DNA of 64,000 nt from Candidatus Omnitrophota bacterium (GCA_003154195.1 PMCS01000008.1:79366-143365); one strand, 5' to 3'; positions 37,792 to 48,108 are shown, counted from the stretch's first letter. Notes: a model not told the origin generated them from the sequence alone. Translations and numbers: made by a program.

Positions 37792-39765
37792 TTATTCGTA
37801 ACGCAGTGCCTCAATCGGGTTCAAACTGGCAGCCTTTTTCGCCGGCCACAGCCCAAACCCCACCCCCACGCCAATCGAAAAAACCGTAGAAAGGACGATG
37901 GACATCAGCGAAACCTTAGTCGCCCAGCCGGCAATAAGCGATAGGGCGATAGAGCTTCCGGCGCCGAGGATGATCCCGATAAGGCCGCCGGTAAAGGTCA
38001 TCACCACGGATTCGATAAGAAACTGCGCCATGATGTCGCTATTAGTCGCGCCGATGGCTTTACGCAAACCGATTTCCCGGGTGCGCTCGGTAACGGAAAC
38101 GAGCATTATATTCATAATCCCGATGCCGCCGACAAGAAGCGATATCGCAGCGATAAACCCCAAAAGCATCGTCATCGTCGTCGTCGTGCTTTTCAATGTC
38201 TCCTGGATATCCGCCATGTTACGGATCTCGAAGGAATTCTCCTGCTCGTCTTTGGTTACCAGGCGATGGCGCTTGATAATAAGTTTAGTGATAGCGTCCT
38301 GCGCCTCCTCCATCAATCCAATATCCTTGATCTCCACATCAATCGAATCAACATATTCTTTACCCAGAAGCCGGTACATCGCGGTAGTAATCGGCATCAC
38401 CACCAGGTCATCCTGATCCTGGAAGGTATTGGCGCCTTTTTCCGGCAAGATCCCGATTACTTTAAAATTTATCTTATTTATTTTTACCACCGCGCCGACA
38501 GGGCTGGCGTCGGCGAAAAGCTGGCGCACCGGGGTCATCCCTAAAAGAACCACCTTCGCGCGCGCACGCAGTTCGGCGTCGGTAAAAAATCTTCCCGTTG
38601 TAGGTTGTGATGCCCGCATTGTCGCGTAATCCACGCCTACTCCCTGGACCTGAGTATTCCAGTTTTTGTTGGCGTAAACCATCTGCCCCCGGCCCCGTAC
38701 GGTAGGAGAAACATTTTTGACCTGCGGCACTTTAAACATCGCGTCGCTATCAAGCATAGTAAACCGGGTAACTGTGCCGGACTCCATCGCCACCCCGCGC
38801 ATCTTGTTGGAACCGGGCCTCACCGTCAAAAGATTCGAACCAAGGGAGGCCAGGCTTTTGGCGATCGAATCCTGCGCGCCCTGGCCCAGAGCCAGCATCG
38901 CGATTACCGAGCCTACGCCGATAAGAATACCCAGCATGGAAAGGACCGAGCGCATCTTATGGGAAATGATGGAATAAAAAGCCTGTTTCAAATGGTCGCC
39001 AAACTCCGCCTTTGCCTTATCGCCGCTGATTGCCAACAAAGCCTTATCCAAGGAACCATCGCTGCCGGCTTTTGCGGCCAATTTTACCTGCGGCGGCGCT
39101 TTTGTTTCATCGGAAATTATTTTTCCGTCGCGCATACGGATAATCCTTTTGGCGTGCACCGCGACTTCATCCTCATGGGTGACCATAATAATGGTCTTAC
39201 CCTGTTCATTAAGTTTTTTTAAAATAATGATAATTTCCTGTTCGCTTTTAGTATCGAGGTTGCCGGTCGGTTCGTCGGCAAAAATAATCGGCGGGTCATT
39301 AACCAAAGCCCGGGCAATGGCAATACGCTGCTGCTCGCCGCCGGAAAGCTCATTGGGCCGGTGCAGCATTCTTGCCTCAAGCCCGACGTCGATGATTTTC
39401 TGCCGGGCCTGCGCCTGCATCTTGCGCTTGCCGGCGTATAATAACGGCAAGGAAACATTTTCCAAAGCGGTGCTGCGGCCGAGCAGGTGGAATTGCTGGA
39501 AAACAAAACCGGCAATTTTGTTGCGGATTGCCGCCAATTCGTCATCATTGCAATTATCGATTTGTTTTTTCCCTAAAAAATAGCTGCCCTTATCCGGCCG
39601 GTCAAGAAAACCTAAAAGATGCAGCAGGGTAGATTTGCCCGAACCGGAAGGGCCCATGATCGCAACGAACTCGCCCTCTTCTATCTTGAGCGACACATCG
39701 CGCAAAGCGTAAACCGCCGCCGTGCCTATGCCGTAAGTTTTGGAGATATTCTTGAGTTCAATCAT
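37792..39765 (-). CDS. macB: MacB-type ABC ATPase-permease fusion
   Basis: GPSGSGKST, LSGGEQQR, DEPTGNLD; GGIGIMNIMLVSVTERTREIG; ALRYE. Confidence 0.95.
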   Translation of the reverse strand: MIELKNISKTYGIGTAAVYALRDVSLKIEEGEFVAIMGPSGSGKSTLLHLLGFLDRPDKGSYFLGKKQIDNCNDDELAAIRNKIAGFVFQQFHLLGRSTALENVSLPLLYAGKRKMQAQARQKIIDVGLEARMLHRPNELSGGEQQRIAIARALVNDPPIIFADEPTGNLDTKSEQEIIIILKKLNEQGKTIIMVTHEDEVAVHAKRIIRMRDGKIISDETKAPPQVKLAAKAGSDGSLDKALLAISGDKAKAEFGDHLKQAFYSIISHKMRSVLSMLGILIGVGSVIAMLALGQGAQDSIAKSLASLGSNLLTVRPGSNKMRGVAMESGTVTRFTMLDSDAMFKVPQVKNVSPTVRGRGQMVYANKNWNTQVQGVGVDYATMRASQPTTGRFFTDAELRARAKVVLLGMTPVRQLFADASPVGAVVKINKINFKVIGILPEKGANTFQDQDDLVVMPITTAMYRLLGKEYVDSIDVEIKDIGLMEEAQDAITKLIIKRHRLVTKDEQENSFEIRNMADIQETLKSTTTTMTMLLGFIAAISLLVGGIGIMNIMLVSVTERTREIGLRKAIGATNSDIMAQFLIESVVMTFTGGLIGIILGAGSSIALSLIAGWATKVSLMSIVLSTVFSIGVGVGFGLWPAKKAASLNPIEALRYE

Positions 39766-39822
39766 TTTATTTTTTTGCTCCGCAAAAAAATAACCGGATA
39801 AATTTTTTGCAAAGCAAAAAAT

Positions 39823-40806
39823 TTATCGCCGGGCGCCGCCGCGCGGGCCGAACGGCACAAGGGGATTGCTGCTGCCGGGATTATTTTTTTTCTTAGCAAC
39901 GTTAGCTTTTTCCGGCATAATCAATACCACATCCTCGGCTTCTAAACCGGAAATAATTTCCGTGTTTTTGTCGTCGGCAATGCCGGTAGTTATTTCCACC
40001 CGCGTAGGCTTTTTGCCGTCGCCGCCATGGTTCTTCACAAAAACAAAAGTGCCATGCTTGCCCTGCTTTACCGCCTCGTTGGCAAGCATTAAAACATTAG
40101 TCCTGCTTTCTTCGATAATATCCACGTTGGCGCTCATCCCGGAACGAAACACATCAGGAACCTGGTCCGGTAAAATATCAACCTCATAAATCGTGACATT
40201 GTTAACCGTTTTCGATTCATAATAAATATGGTCGACTTTACCTTTAGCTTTTATCAGAGGGTAAGCGTCTAAGCTGATACTCGCTTCCTGGGCAAGCTTC
40301 ACTTTCCCGACATCGGTCTCATCGACCTGCGCCTGGACAATCAACCGGTCCGACAGGACAATAACCGGGTCGGAAGACGTCATGGTCTGGCCGGGCTCCA
40401 CGGAACGAACGATAACCTGCGCGTCGATCGGGGCGACCAAAGGCGTCGGCTTATAAACATCTTTCCAATACGCTATCGCGGTCGCGCCCTGCGTCCTGGC
40501 AGCGTCAAGCAAAGCTGCCCGCTCGGTAGAGCTCATCCACGCCAAAACCTGACCCGCTTTTACTTTTTGGCCCTCGACGACCAGGATTTCCTCGACGCGG
40601 CCGTTGATCGGCGGCTTGATCTCCAGGCGATTCTGGGGCTGCACCACCCCGGTGGTAGAAACAGACGTCTGGATATCGCCGTAGACAGGGGTTACTTCTT
40701 TGATAACTTCACCCTTAGCGCTGCCTTTTTTAAATTTTACGAATAATGCGACGGCGGAAATAACAATAATTATAATAACGATAATTTTTAATTTATTGAT
40801 TTTCAT
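39823..40806 (-). CDS. MacA-type periplasmic adaptor subunit
   Basis: N-terminal TM, barrel-sandwich motif, VDETDVGKV, RSGMSA. Confidence 0.92.
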   Translation of the reverse strand: MKINKLKIIVIIIIVISAVALFVKFKKGSAKGEVIKEVTPVYGDIQTSVSTTGVVQPQNRLEIKPPINGRVEEILVVEGQKVKAGQVLAWMSSTERAALLDAARTQGATAIAYWKDVYKPTPLVAPIDAQVIVRSVEPGQTMTSSDPVIVLSDRLIVQAQVDETDVGKVKLAQEASISLDAYPLIKAKGKVDHIYYESKTVNNVTIYEVDILPDQVPDVFRSGMSANVDIIEESRTNVLMLANEAVKQGKHGTFVFVKNHGGDGKKPTRVEITTGIADDKNTEIISGLEAEDVVLIMPEKANVAKKKNNPGSSNPLVPFGPRGGARR

Positions 40807-42058
40807 CTAAAGTCACTCCTTTGGCTTGTGCCCAATTCGCCTCCGCGATAAGAGCGTTATATTGAGTATTGAGAAATGCCTTTTTCGCGCTCACGAAAGC
40901 GTCTTCGATGATCGTCCAGGTATCAAAAGTAATAAGGCCGATCGAATACTCCGCCTGGGCTATTTTTGAACGTTCCTTTGCCGCCGCTAAAAACTTTTTT
41001 TGTACCCCCAGGTTATCGATGGAATTTTGTAAATTGATCCAGGTCTGTTCAAGCGTTAAAAGCACTCCGTCTTTACCGCTGCGTTCATCCGCCTGGGACT
41101 GGTTGAAAACGGCGCGCGCTTTATCATATTGCGCCAGCCGGCTTCCCCCTTCGAATAAAGGAAACGACACGCTTATCCCCATACTCCACTGGTTCTGGGA
41201 CGGCGGCCACTGCGAATCGGTTTTGCCGGCGGAAGCATTAGCATAAATCTGCGGGAAAAAATCCGCGCCGGCAGATTTTATGCCGAGCCGCGCGGCTTCC
41301 TTACGGGCAATTAATTCCTGTAAAAACGGCGAACCTTGCGCCACCGCCTCAAATTCAGGCATCAATCTATCGGTGTCAACGATGATAAAGTTACCTTTTA
41401 TTGCCGGCGTCGAAAAAACGCTCCTGCCTAATTCCTTGATCAAGCTCCGATTGGCTAACAGTATATTTCTTTGCGACTGGCGCACTTCAAATTCCGCCTG
41501 GGCCAAATCAGCGGCGGCGGAAAGAAGCGACCCCCGGTGTTCGCTGCCGGCGTTATACCGCATTTCGACCAAAGCATAATTATCCCGGCGGAGCTTTAAT
41601 ATGCCCCTGGTAATATTTAAAAGCTTATATGCCTGCAAGAGGCCGGCGAAAGCGGTGCGCAGCCTGAGGCGGATGTTTGACGATGTCACCTGGTAGGCAT
41701 AAAAACTGGCTTTTAAATTCTGCGACGCCGCGCGCACATTATAAATAGTCTTCAATCCGTCGAATAATAATTGCTGGCCGGATACCCCGTAAGAATAAGA
41801 ATCGGACTTTATCCCGGCAGTATTGCGGGAAGTTTGCTGGTTGGCGGTGCTGTTTATCTGGGGGAGATAATTGCTCCGGGCGATCGATTTATCGGCAGCG
41901 ACCTGGTTTACCTTTTCCCGCGCCGAGATCAAATCCGGATGGTCGGTCTTCGCTTCAGCGACACAATCCTGCCAGCCGAGAATATCCTGCGCGAAGGAAA
42001 CCCCTTCAACGCCCGTGCACAACAAAAATAAGCAAAGTATAATTTTAGTTAACCGCAT
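40793..42058 (-). CDS. TolC family outer-membrane efflux protein
   Basis: Signal peptide, two YLP/FFP repeats, LFDG/LFEGG. Confidence 0.92.
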   Translation of the reverse strand: MRLTKIILCLFLLCTGVEGVSFAQDILGWQDCVAEAKTDHPDLISAREKVNQVAADKSIARSNYLPQINSTANQQTSRNTAGIKSDSYSYGVSGQQLLFDGLKTIYNVRAASQNLKASFYAYQVTSSNIRLRLRTAFAGLLQAYKLLNITRGILKLRRDNYALVEMRYNAGSEHRGSLLSAAADLAQAEFEVRQSQRNILLANRSLIKELGRSVFSTPAIKGNFIIVDTDRLMPEFEAVAQGSPFLQELIARKEAARLGIKSAGADFFPQIYANASAGKTDSQWPPSQNQWSMGISVSFPLFEGGSRLAQYDKARAVFNQSQADERSGKDGVLLTLEQTWINLQNSIDNLGVQKKFLAAAKERSKIAQAEYSIGLITFDTWTIIEDAFVSAKKAFLNTQYNALIAEANWAQAKGVTLDENQ

Positions 42059-42143
42059 CAGTTATTATTTTATCCTCCGCAGACTTAGACAAAAGAAACC
42101 GGCTAAAAGTTCCGCTATTGCCGGCGGCGCGAAAAACCGCCGG

Positions 42144-42530
42144 TTATTTGCCTAAAATATTTTCCACCATCGTTAAAAGCGCCTCGTTGTCAAACGGCTT
42201 GGGGATAAAAAAAATATTTTTGATCGATCCGCAGGAAATCCTTTGTTCATCAATATAATGCCCCGAAAGAATAATGACCGGGATATCGCGGGTGTGCAGG
42301 CTGCCTTTCAACCTGGCGATAACTTCATACCCGTTCATCGTCGGCATATTCATATCGAGAATAAGCAGGTCGGGGACATCGGCGTCGATGAGGTCCAGCG
42401 CCTTCTTGCCGTCGGGAGCGTCCCGCACCTGGGTAAAACCCCTGGCCGTTATGACCTGCCTGAGCAAATCGATGATCTCCGGTTCATCATCGGCGATGAC
42501 TATTTTCTTTGATTGTTTTTTACCGGGCAT
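42144..42530 (-). CDS. single-domain response regulator
   Basis: ADDE, LDMNMP, SG, KPF. Confidence 0.93.
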   Translation of the reverse strand: MPGKKQSKKIVIADDEPEIIDLLRQVITARGFTQVRDAPDGKKALDLIDADVPDLLILDMNMPTMNGYEVIARLKGSLHTRDIPVIILSGHYIDEQRISCGSIKNIFFIPKPFDNEALLTMVENILGK

Positions 42531-43239
42531 AATAGGAACCGAACATCCCTTCCAGGCTGTCCAGCATCTCCTCCAGCGTCATATTTATATAATTGGCGGC
42601 GGTGTCCAGGATAACGAAAGCGTTCACGCCGGCGTCGCGGGTAGTAATGTCAAGAAGCCGGCTGCAAAAACTCTTATCGACTACCCGGACATCTTCGTAA
42701 ATCTTCTTAAGATTCTTTAAATCCCAGTCGGGCTTGCCGCCTCTTCGATGGCAAAAATATTGCGCCGATAGGTACATCGAGATCATCCGGTAGGCCGTCT
42801 CCTCCATACTGGCGAAAGGAAGATGAAAACGCACCATCGGCTGTAATTTGGCCATAATCGGACAGCCGCTGGTAACCATATAAATACCGATCAAAGAACT
42901 CAACCCATACTGCAGGGGAGCATTCTTAAGATATGTCCTTTCATCAGATTGAACCAAGACTTCTATTTCTTCATGCGAAACGGAAGTCTTGAAAAAATCG
43001 ATAACGTCGGCCAGGTTAACGGCAACGGGGCAAAAACGACAGGAATTATCGTCTAAGGGGCAAATCGGGCACTTATGGTATTTCAATTCGGTCCAGGGGT
43101 ATGGCGATTCTTTCCGGGGATTTATATAATTTAAATCCCTAGCGCCCAAAGAAATCTTGAATTCTTTTTTAACTCCGTCCTTAAAAGTAAACCGGTAAAC
43201 GTAGTTGATGGTGTTGGCGTCATTAATATTTCCCGTCAT
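42520..43239 (-). CDS. conserved Cys-containing hypothetical protein (DUF6901-like)
   Basis: WTEL..CPICPL..CPVA, SGCP, RFHLPFAS; overlaps the response regulator start. Confidence 0.75.
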   Translation of the reverse strand: MTGNINDANTINYVYRFTFKDGVKKEFKISLGARDLNYINPRKESPYPWTELKYHKCPICPLDDNSCRFCPVAVNLADVIDFFKTSVSHEEIEVLVQSDERTYLKNAPLQYGLSSLIGIYMVTSGCPIMAKLQPMVRFHLPFASMEETAYRMISMYLSAQYFCHRRGGKPDWDLKNLKKIYEDVRVVDKSFCSRLLDITTRDAGVNAFVILDTAANYINMTLEEMLDSLEGMFGSYYAR

Positions 43240-43298
43240 CTAAATTCCCCTTTAAGAGCCGTCGGCAACGTCAAGATGTTGTTCCTTCTTTACTTCTC

Positions 43299-43658
43299 TT
43301 ACATTCTTTCTGCCGTACCTCTCAGCAAAACCAATATCGCCGAATGCGGAGCAACAACATATTTTTTGTTTTCGAATTTTATCTCAACGCCCTGATCCCG
43401 CAAAAAAATACAATAATCACCAGGCCGCGCCTGTAAAGGAAAATACCTGTCCCGCGCTTTAGTCGCCCAGGGCTCCTGGTCCAAAAGGCTGGGGTCGGGC
43501 ACAGGGTACCCCGGGCCGGTCTTCACGATTTTACCCGACTGCACCCGATCTTTATCTTTTACTCCCTGAGGAAGATAAAGCCCGCTGTCGGTCTTACCTT
43601 CACCCTCATCAAGCTCAATCAGCACCTTGTCGCCTACGATTATAAGTTCTTTGTCCAT
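43299..43658 (-). CDS. GroES-like co-chaperonin (no groEL nearby)
   Basis: GDKVLI, KTDSGLYLP, GPGYP. Confidence 0.88.
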   Translation of the reverse strand: MDKELIIVGDKVLIELDEGEGKTDSGLYLPQGVKDKDRVQSGKIVKTGPGYPVPDPSLLDQEPWATKARDRYFPLQARPGDYCIFLRDQGVEIKFENKKYVVAPHSAILVLLRGTAERM

Positions 43659-43663
43659 ATTTT

Positions 43664-43722
43664 TAATGAAACTTCGCCAAACACAAGCCCGAAGGGCGCC
43701 GCGCGAGGCGGTAGTCGAATTA
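43664..43722. repeat. family B 59-bp element (reverse orientation)
   Basis: TAATGAAACTTCGCC...GGCGGTAGTCGAATTA. Confidence 0.85.
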
Positions 43723-43816
43723 TCCCGAAGGGACGGGATTTACTTCGTAAAAAAATATCCTCCATCCGCTTCGCGGATGGAGAAAAAATAAATAAAATAT
43801 TTCCCCTGCGTCTTTA

Positions 43817-43845
43817 ATGATACTAAAACATCTTGTTTTAGTCAA
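43817..43845 (-). promoter_or_regulatory. promoter with overlapping palindromic operator
   Basis: TTGACT-17 nt-TATCAT; the spacer holds the perfect inverted repeat ACTAAAACA-TCT-TGTTTTAGT. Confidence 0.6.
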
Positions 43846-43877
43846 CCCCGTTAGAAAACTTCGTTTTCTAACGGGGT
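43845..43877. repeat. ACCCCGTTAGAAAAC-TTC-GTTTTCTAACGGGGT palindrome
   Basis: Perfect 15-bp inverted repeat with a C(GAA)G loop on the minus strand. Confidence 0.75.
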
Positions 43878-43977
43878 AAAGATAAATAGTTTAACCGAAA
43901 AAATTTTTCCTGCCTAAGGCAGGGCAAGACCGAGAAAATGCGTAACCGCATTTTCTCGGTTAGCGAAAACTATTTAT

Positions 43978-45981
43978 CTATTTATTGATTTTAGCCACCA
44001 ATTCTTCAATTCGGTGCTCCACGCTGCGCTCGATCATCGCCGGTAATAACGCGTGTAATTTTTTCTTAAAATCCGAGTCCAACCATTTAAAATTCATCGC
44101 CTCGTAAGAACCGGATAGCTGGAAATCAAAATCCAGAAAAAACGAATTTTTATCAATAAGACCGAATAACGGCCGGAATTTAGGCGAAGCGGCCAAAATA
44201 TTTTTGGATAAAAGAAGCGAGAGACGGCTGGAAACCAGGCCTTCGGCGTTTACGCTGAGGCTGCCCTTCAATTTCACATCGGGAGAGTTTAATTTTATTT
44301 TTTCGATATTGACCGTCTCATCTTTTATTACAAACTGCGCGATCAGTCGATCGAAATCAATTTTTTTAAGGGGCGGTAAAATGAAGAAATCGGATAACCA
44401 GTTAAAAAAACTAACATCCTTGAGACAGCCGTTTTGTATGAAAAAATTTCCTTTTAAAAAAGGAAATAAATAATTATTATAAACGATACCGGCGTCGCAT
44501 TTGCCGTGAAACCCCTTAAACCGTGGCGACAAATCAACCAATTTACCGGCGTCGGCGCCTTTAACTGCGATATTGCATGATTTTAAAAATAGGCCGCGGT
44601 TAAAATCCAATACCCCTTCTGCCCGCAAAAATCCGTCGTAAAGATAAGAAGAAAATTTAAAATCTCCGGCGCCGATCCTTCCCGCCGCCATAAAATCTTT
44701 TAAAAAAATACGGGAAGTATTCTTGCCGGCTTTATAAGAAATTTTTGCCTCGGGAAAATATAACCGCAACCCCGCGAGCAAATTTACGCCCAGCGATAAA
44801 TCTTTAAATTTCGCGACCAACCTGGTAAAATCGCGGTAATCCGGTTTTTGTAAAAAATCATAATAAACCTTTCCGCTGAATTTACCGGATTTTACGGCCC
44901 CTAAAACACCCAGATCAAATACGTTTAAATTTTTAACTTCCCGACGATATCGCTGGGCCGGATAGGAAGAAAACTTAAAATTTAAGAGGTAAGCTTTATC
45001 CCCGGAAATAACGCCGCGCAGGCCATAGGGTACACCTTGTAAGGAAAAAGTGAAATTCTCCAAAGTAATGGTTTTCCCGTTAATTTTTGCCAAACAATCA
45101 AAATCGAAAATATCAAAAGATTTCCTGCTTGAGAAATAAGGATGCGGCATATTTGTTTCGCCGAAACCGCCTATGGCACCGGACAGTTTATCGGGAAAAT
45201 TGATCGCGGCGATTAGATTGCTCAATGATAAAACCCCGTTAAGCCGTAAGGTATCTTGCTGAAAAGACCCCCAGAACTTCGCATAAAAGTAATTCTTTTT
45301 TAACTCTAGATTCTCGATGTTTACGCCGTTTTTTGTCCGATATCCGGAAAAACTAAATTCTAAAAAATTATCTTCCGCCGGCGCCTTGTTCCCGGCGCCG
45401 AAATTAATAAATTTGCCCAGCCTGATCCGGCCATAACTCGATATAAGATTATTACGCGATTTTTCAAAAACAACGTCAGCCCCTATTTTCAAAAAATTAT
45501 TCTCCCCTGATATAAATAAAGCGTTCCTCAGGACAACGCTAAAATCTTCCGCTTCCTCCGGGGTATAATCGAATAGACGCCCCTGAATATTTTCGCGGGA
45601 AAAGCTCCCGTAATTGTTGACAGTAATCACTGGTTTATCGATATAAATCCTGGTAATTTTAAAATCTCCTCCTGAGATAAACTGGAACAAAGGGAAAAAG
45701 ATTTTAACTTTTCGGGCGCGGTTAAAAAAGAAGCTTCTTCCCCGTCCGGAAGGAGGCTTAAAGGAAATATCGTTGATGATAAAACAATGGGGAGGAAAAT
45801 ACAAAATATTACGAAAAGTTACCGGCTGGCCTAAATACGCGGATATATCGCGCTCAATCTTAGTTTTCTGGATATTTACCGCGACATTAAAAACCAATGA
45901 ACCAAAAACTATCGATCCCGCTACAATCAAACTGCCCCGCAATAACCGGGAAACAGTTCTACGATAAGTATTCTTTGACAT
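43978..45981 (-). CDS. AsmA/DUF748-like membrane-anchored beta-rich protein
   Basis: N-terminal TM, IDKPVITV motif, long beta-rich body. Confidence 0.6.
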   Translation of the reverse strand: MSKNTYRRTVSRLLRGSLIVAGSIVFGSLVFNVAVNIQKTKIERDISAYLGQPVTFRNILYFPPHCFIINDISFKPPSGRGRSFFFNRARKVKIFFPLFQFISGGDFKITRIYIDKPVITVNNYGSFSRENIQGRLFDYTPEEAEDFSVVLRNALFISGENNFLKIGADVVFEKSRNNLISSYGRIRLGKFINFGAGNKAPAEDNFLEFSFSGYRTKNGVNIENLELKKNYFYAKFWGSFQQDTLRLNGVLSLSNLIAAINFPDKLSGAIGGFGETNMPHPYFSSRKSFDIFDFDCLAKINGKTITLENFTFSLQGVPYGLRGVISGDKAYLLNFKFSSYPAQRYRREVKNLNVFDLGVLGAVKSGKFSGKVYYDFLQKPDYRDFTRLVAKFKDLSLGVNLLAGLRLYFPEAKISYKAGKNTSRIFLKDFMAAGRIGAGDFKFSSYLYDGFLRAEGVLDFNRGLFLKSCNIAVKGADAGKLVDLSPRFKGFHGKCDAGIVYNNYLFPFLKGNFFIQNGCLKDVSFFNWLSDFFILPPLKKIDFDRLIAQFVIKDETVNIEKIKLNSPDVKLKGSLSVNAEGLVSSRLSLLLSKNILAASPKFRPLFGLIDKNSFFLDFDFQLSGSYEAMNFKWLDSDFKKKLHALLPAMIERSVEHRIEELVAKINK

Positions 45982-46027
45982 AAAAATCTTTTATACAAAC
46001 GTTACAGAATATCCTAATTATCAGTTT

Positions 46028-46558
46028 TTAGAAAGTGATTTTTGCGCCAAGCTTGTCATCGATAAAAATTTCTACCCGGTCGATAAAATACCTGGCCTTA
46101 TATTTTTTGGAAAGAGCCGATTTATAACGATATTCTTTAAAATCTTTAAAAATAAGAAAGTTCGTTTTAGCCTTAACAATCCGGGTTTCTAAATCTTTAG
46201 CTAAATTATCATTTTTTTGCCGCTCGGCGATTTGCGCTAAATAAAAAAAGGCGAAAACCACGGCGCCGGACCCCGGATACTTAGAAATTAATTCGTTAAA
46301 CGCCGCCGCGGCCGGCCCTGTGTCATTAACCAAAAAATAATACTCCCCCACCGCGAATAAAGCGTCAGGAAAAAATTTAGAATCGGGATAATTCCTGACA
46401 ATCAGGTCAAAATAGGAAAAAGCGAAATCAACGCTTTTCGCCCGGCTGCATTCAATCCCTTTTGAATATAAATCTTTGTCTTCGCCGGCAAAAACCGGAT
46501 TAAAAAACAACGCGTTAAAAAATAGAGTGATTAAAATTATCAGGGTGTATTTTTTCAT
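46028..46558 (-). CDS. exported TPR protein (BamD/CpoB-like)
   Basis: YPDSKFFPDALF and ISKYPGS TPR signatures; signal peptide. Confidence 0.8.
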   Translation of the reverse strand: MKKYTLIILITLFFNALFFNPVFAGEDKDLYSKGIECSRAKSVDFAFSYFDLIVRNYPDSKFFPDALFAVGEYYFLVNDTGPAAAAFNELISKYPGSGAVVFAFFYLAQIAERQKNDNLAKDLETRIVKAKTNFLIFKDFKEYRYKSALSKKYKARYFIDRVEIFIDDKLGAKITF

Positions 46559-46582
46559 AAGTTTTAGCGATAATTATTTTAT

Positions 46583-46878
46583 ACCCGGCGAGACTCATTG
46601 CTTAGGGCAATGGGACTAAGCCTCAAACTCATTGCCCCCTTCGGGGCAATGAAACTTGGCCCGCCAAATACGGCGGGAGTTAGTTTCATTGATTCGGCTA
46701 TCCCCCTACGGGGATAGTTCAACTAAGCCCGGGGCACCAGGCAAGTTTCATTACGGCGAAGTCTCAAGCTCATTACCTGAAATCTGAAGTCGCGCTCTAA
46801 GCGCTCCCACGATTCCAGGTAATTCGACTACCGCCTCATTCTGCGCCCTTCGGGCTTGTATTCGGCGAAGTCTCATTA
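46583..46878. repeat. concatenated stack of family B-related hairpins
   Basis: Repeated CTCATT/AATGARACT junctions, the 39-bp form (46715-46753) and the 59-bp form (46820-46878). Confidence 0.8.
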
Positions 46879-47589
46879 GATATCGTCGCTGGCAAGATTT
46901 TTTTCGACGAATTCGATGATCGTATTCTGCTGTTCATTACTATTATTATAAAACTCAAGCCCCATCCCGGGAAATTCCAGAGGCTGGATGCTTTCATCGG
47001 TGACCCAGACGACTTTGGCCTCGGCATCAATAACCGGAGGTTTATGCGCGAAATGCATCCGGATGGAAAGCAGGTCGCCAGCCGGAAAAACTTTCGTGCC
47101 GATCATAAAAACTCCAATCGCGCTTAGATTTATAATATTACCCTTGAAAAAATCCTGGGAGGAAAATTTAAGCTTGTACTCAATAACGCTGTCTATTTCC
47201 AGCCTCTTGAATTTTCTTCGCAACTTTTTTTTGAGAGACCCGGGCGATTCTTTATCTTCACGAAGGCTGGAAAATGCCTCGTCTTCGCTATTATAGTATT
47301 CGAGTACCCGGTCAAGGCCGACTACAGAAAATAATCTTACGACATGGCCCGGTAAGTTATAAAGCTTCATTTTTCCGCCGTGGTTGAGCACATTCTTGTA
47401 AGCAACGGCAATCAGGGAGATACCGACATAATCCACTAAGTTGATACCGGCAAAATTACACAAAATGTCTTTGGATTTATTGGCGACCGACCAGCCCACG
47501 GCCTCGACAAACTCCGAAGCATTAATATCGATATTCCCCTCGGGGACAATAATAACCGCGCCTTCTCTTTCGCTTACGGTGATTTTCAT
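46876..47589 (-). CDS. STAS (anti-anti-sigma) - PilZ fusion protein
   Basis: STAS pattern GNIDINASEF..VDYVG..GGKMKL; PilZ motifs RRKFKR and NLSAIG, plus GMGLEF. Confidence 0.88.
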   Translation of the reverse strand: MKITVSEREGAVIIVPEGNIDINASEFVEAVGWSVANKSKDILCNFAGINLVDYVGISLIAVAYKNVLNHGGKMKLYNLPGHVVRLFSVVGLDRVLEYYNSEDEAFSSLREDKESPGSLKKKLRRKFKRLEIDSVIEYKLKFSSQDFFKGNIINLSAIGVFMIGTKVFPAGDLLSIRMHFAHKPPVIDAEAKVVWVTDESIQPLEFPGMGLEFYNNSNEQQNTIIEFVEKNLASDDI

Positions 47590-48005
47590 TTCATTAAAAA
47601 AGAAAGAAAAAATAAAAGAGCAACGATTCCTACGCCGATAATTACCGCATCGCCCAGATTTATCTTCTTTTTGCTTCCGCTAACCACCCTGTCGGCGGCT
47701 GCCCCCTTAAGCGCAGAGTTTTCCGGCCCGGAAACCGCCGAACCTTGGGGAAGAATATCTGCCCGGGCGATTTCTTTATCCTTGGCCGGAGCGCTTACCG
47801 CCGCCGGGACAAACCCGTCATTGACCGCGCCGCTTTCTACGGCGGGGCTACTTTGCGCGTCAGCAAATTCATCCATCAACTGCCCGAGAAATTTACGGCA
47901 ATCGTTGCACACACAAAGATGCTCCTCAACAGCAGCCTGCTCTTCTTTAGGGGCAGTATGTTTTATATACGCCGGGATAATCTTTTTTATGCCTTCACAA
48001 TCCAT
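47586..48005 (-). CDS. zf-HC2 anti-sigma factor, single-pass membrane
   Basis: MDC..EEHLCVCNDC (HxxxCxxC); C-terminal TM. Confidence 0.85.
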   Translation of the reverse strand: MDCEGIKKIIPAYIKHTAPKEEQAAVEEHLCVCNDCRKFLGQLMDEFADAQSSPAVESGAVNDGFVPAAVSAPAKDKEIARADILPQGSAVSGPENSALKGAAADRVVSGSKKKINLGDAVIIGVGIVALLFFLSFLMK

Positions 48006-48021
48006 GGGGAAGCCTCAGAAA

Positions 48022-48100
48022 CCCTTCGCTTCGCTCAGGGTTAATTCGACTACGGCCTCACTCTACGCCCTTCGGGCTTGATTTCGGCCAAGTCTCATTA
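48022..48100. repeat. CCCTTCGCTTCGCTCAGGG hairpin plus family B 59-bp element
   Basis: Same pairing as 61219-61296. Confidence 0.85.
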
Positions 48101-48108
48101 AATAAAAA

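Noticed and set aside
46820-46878. Family B as the integron 59-base element
   Set aside because: The length coincides, but it lacks the RYYYAAC/GTTRRRY core sites.
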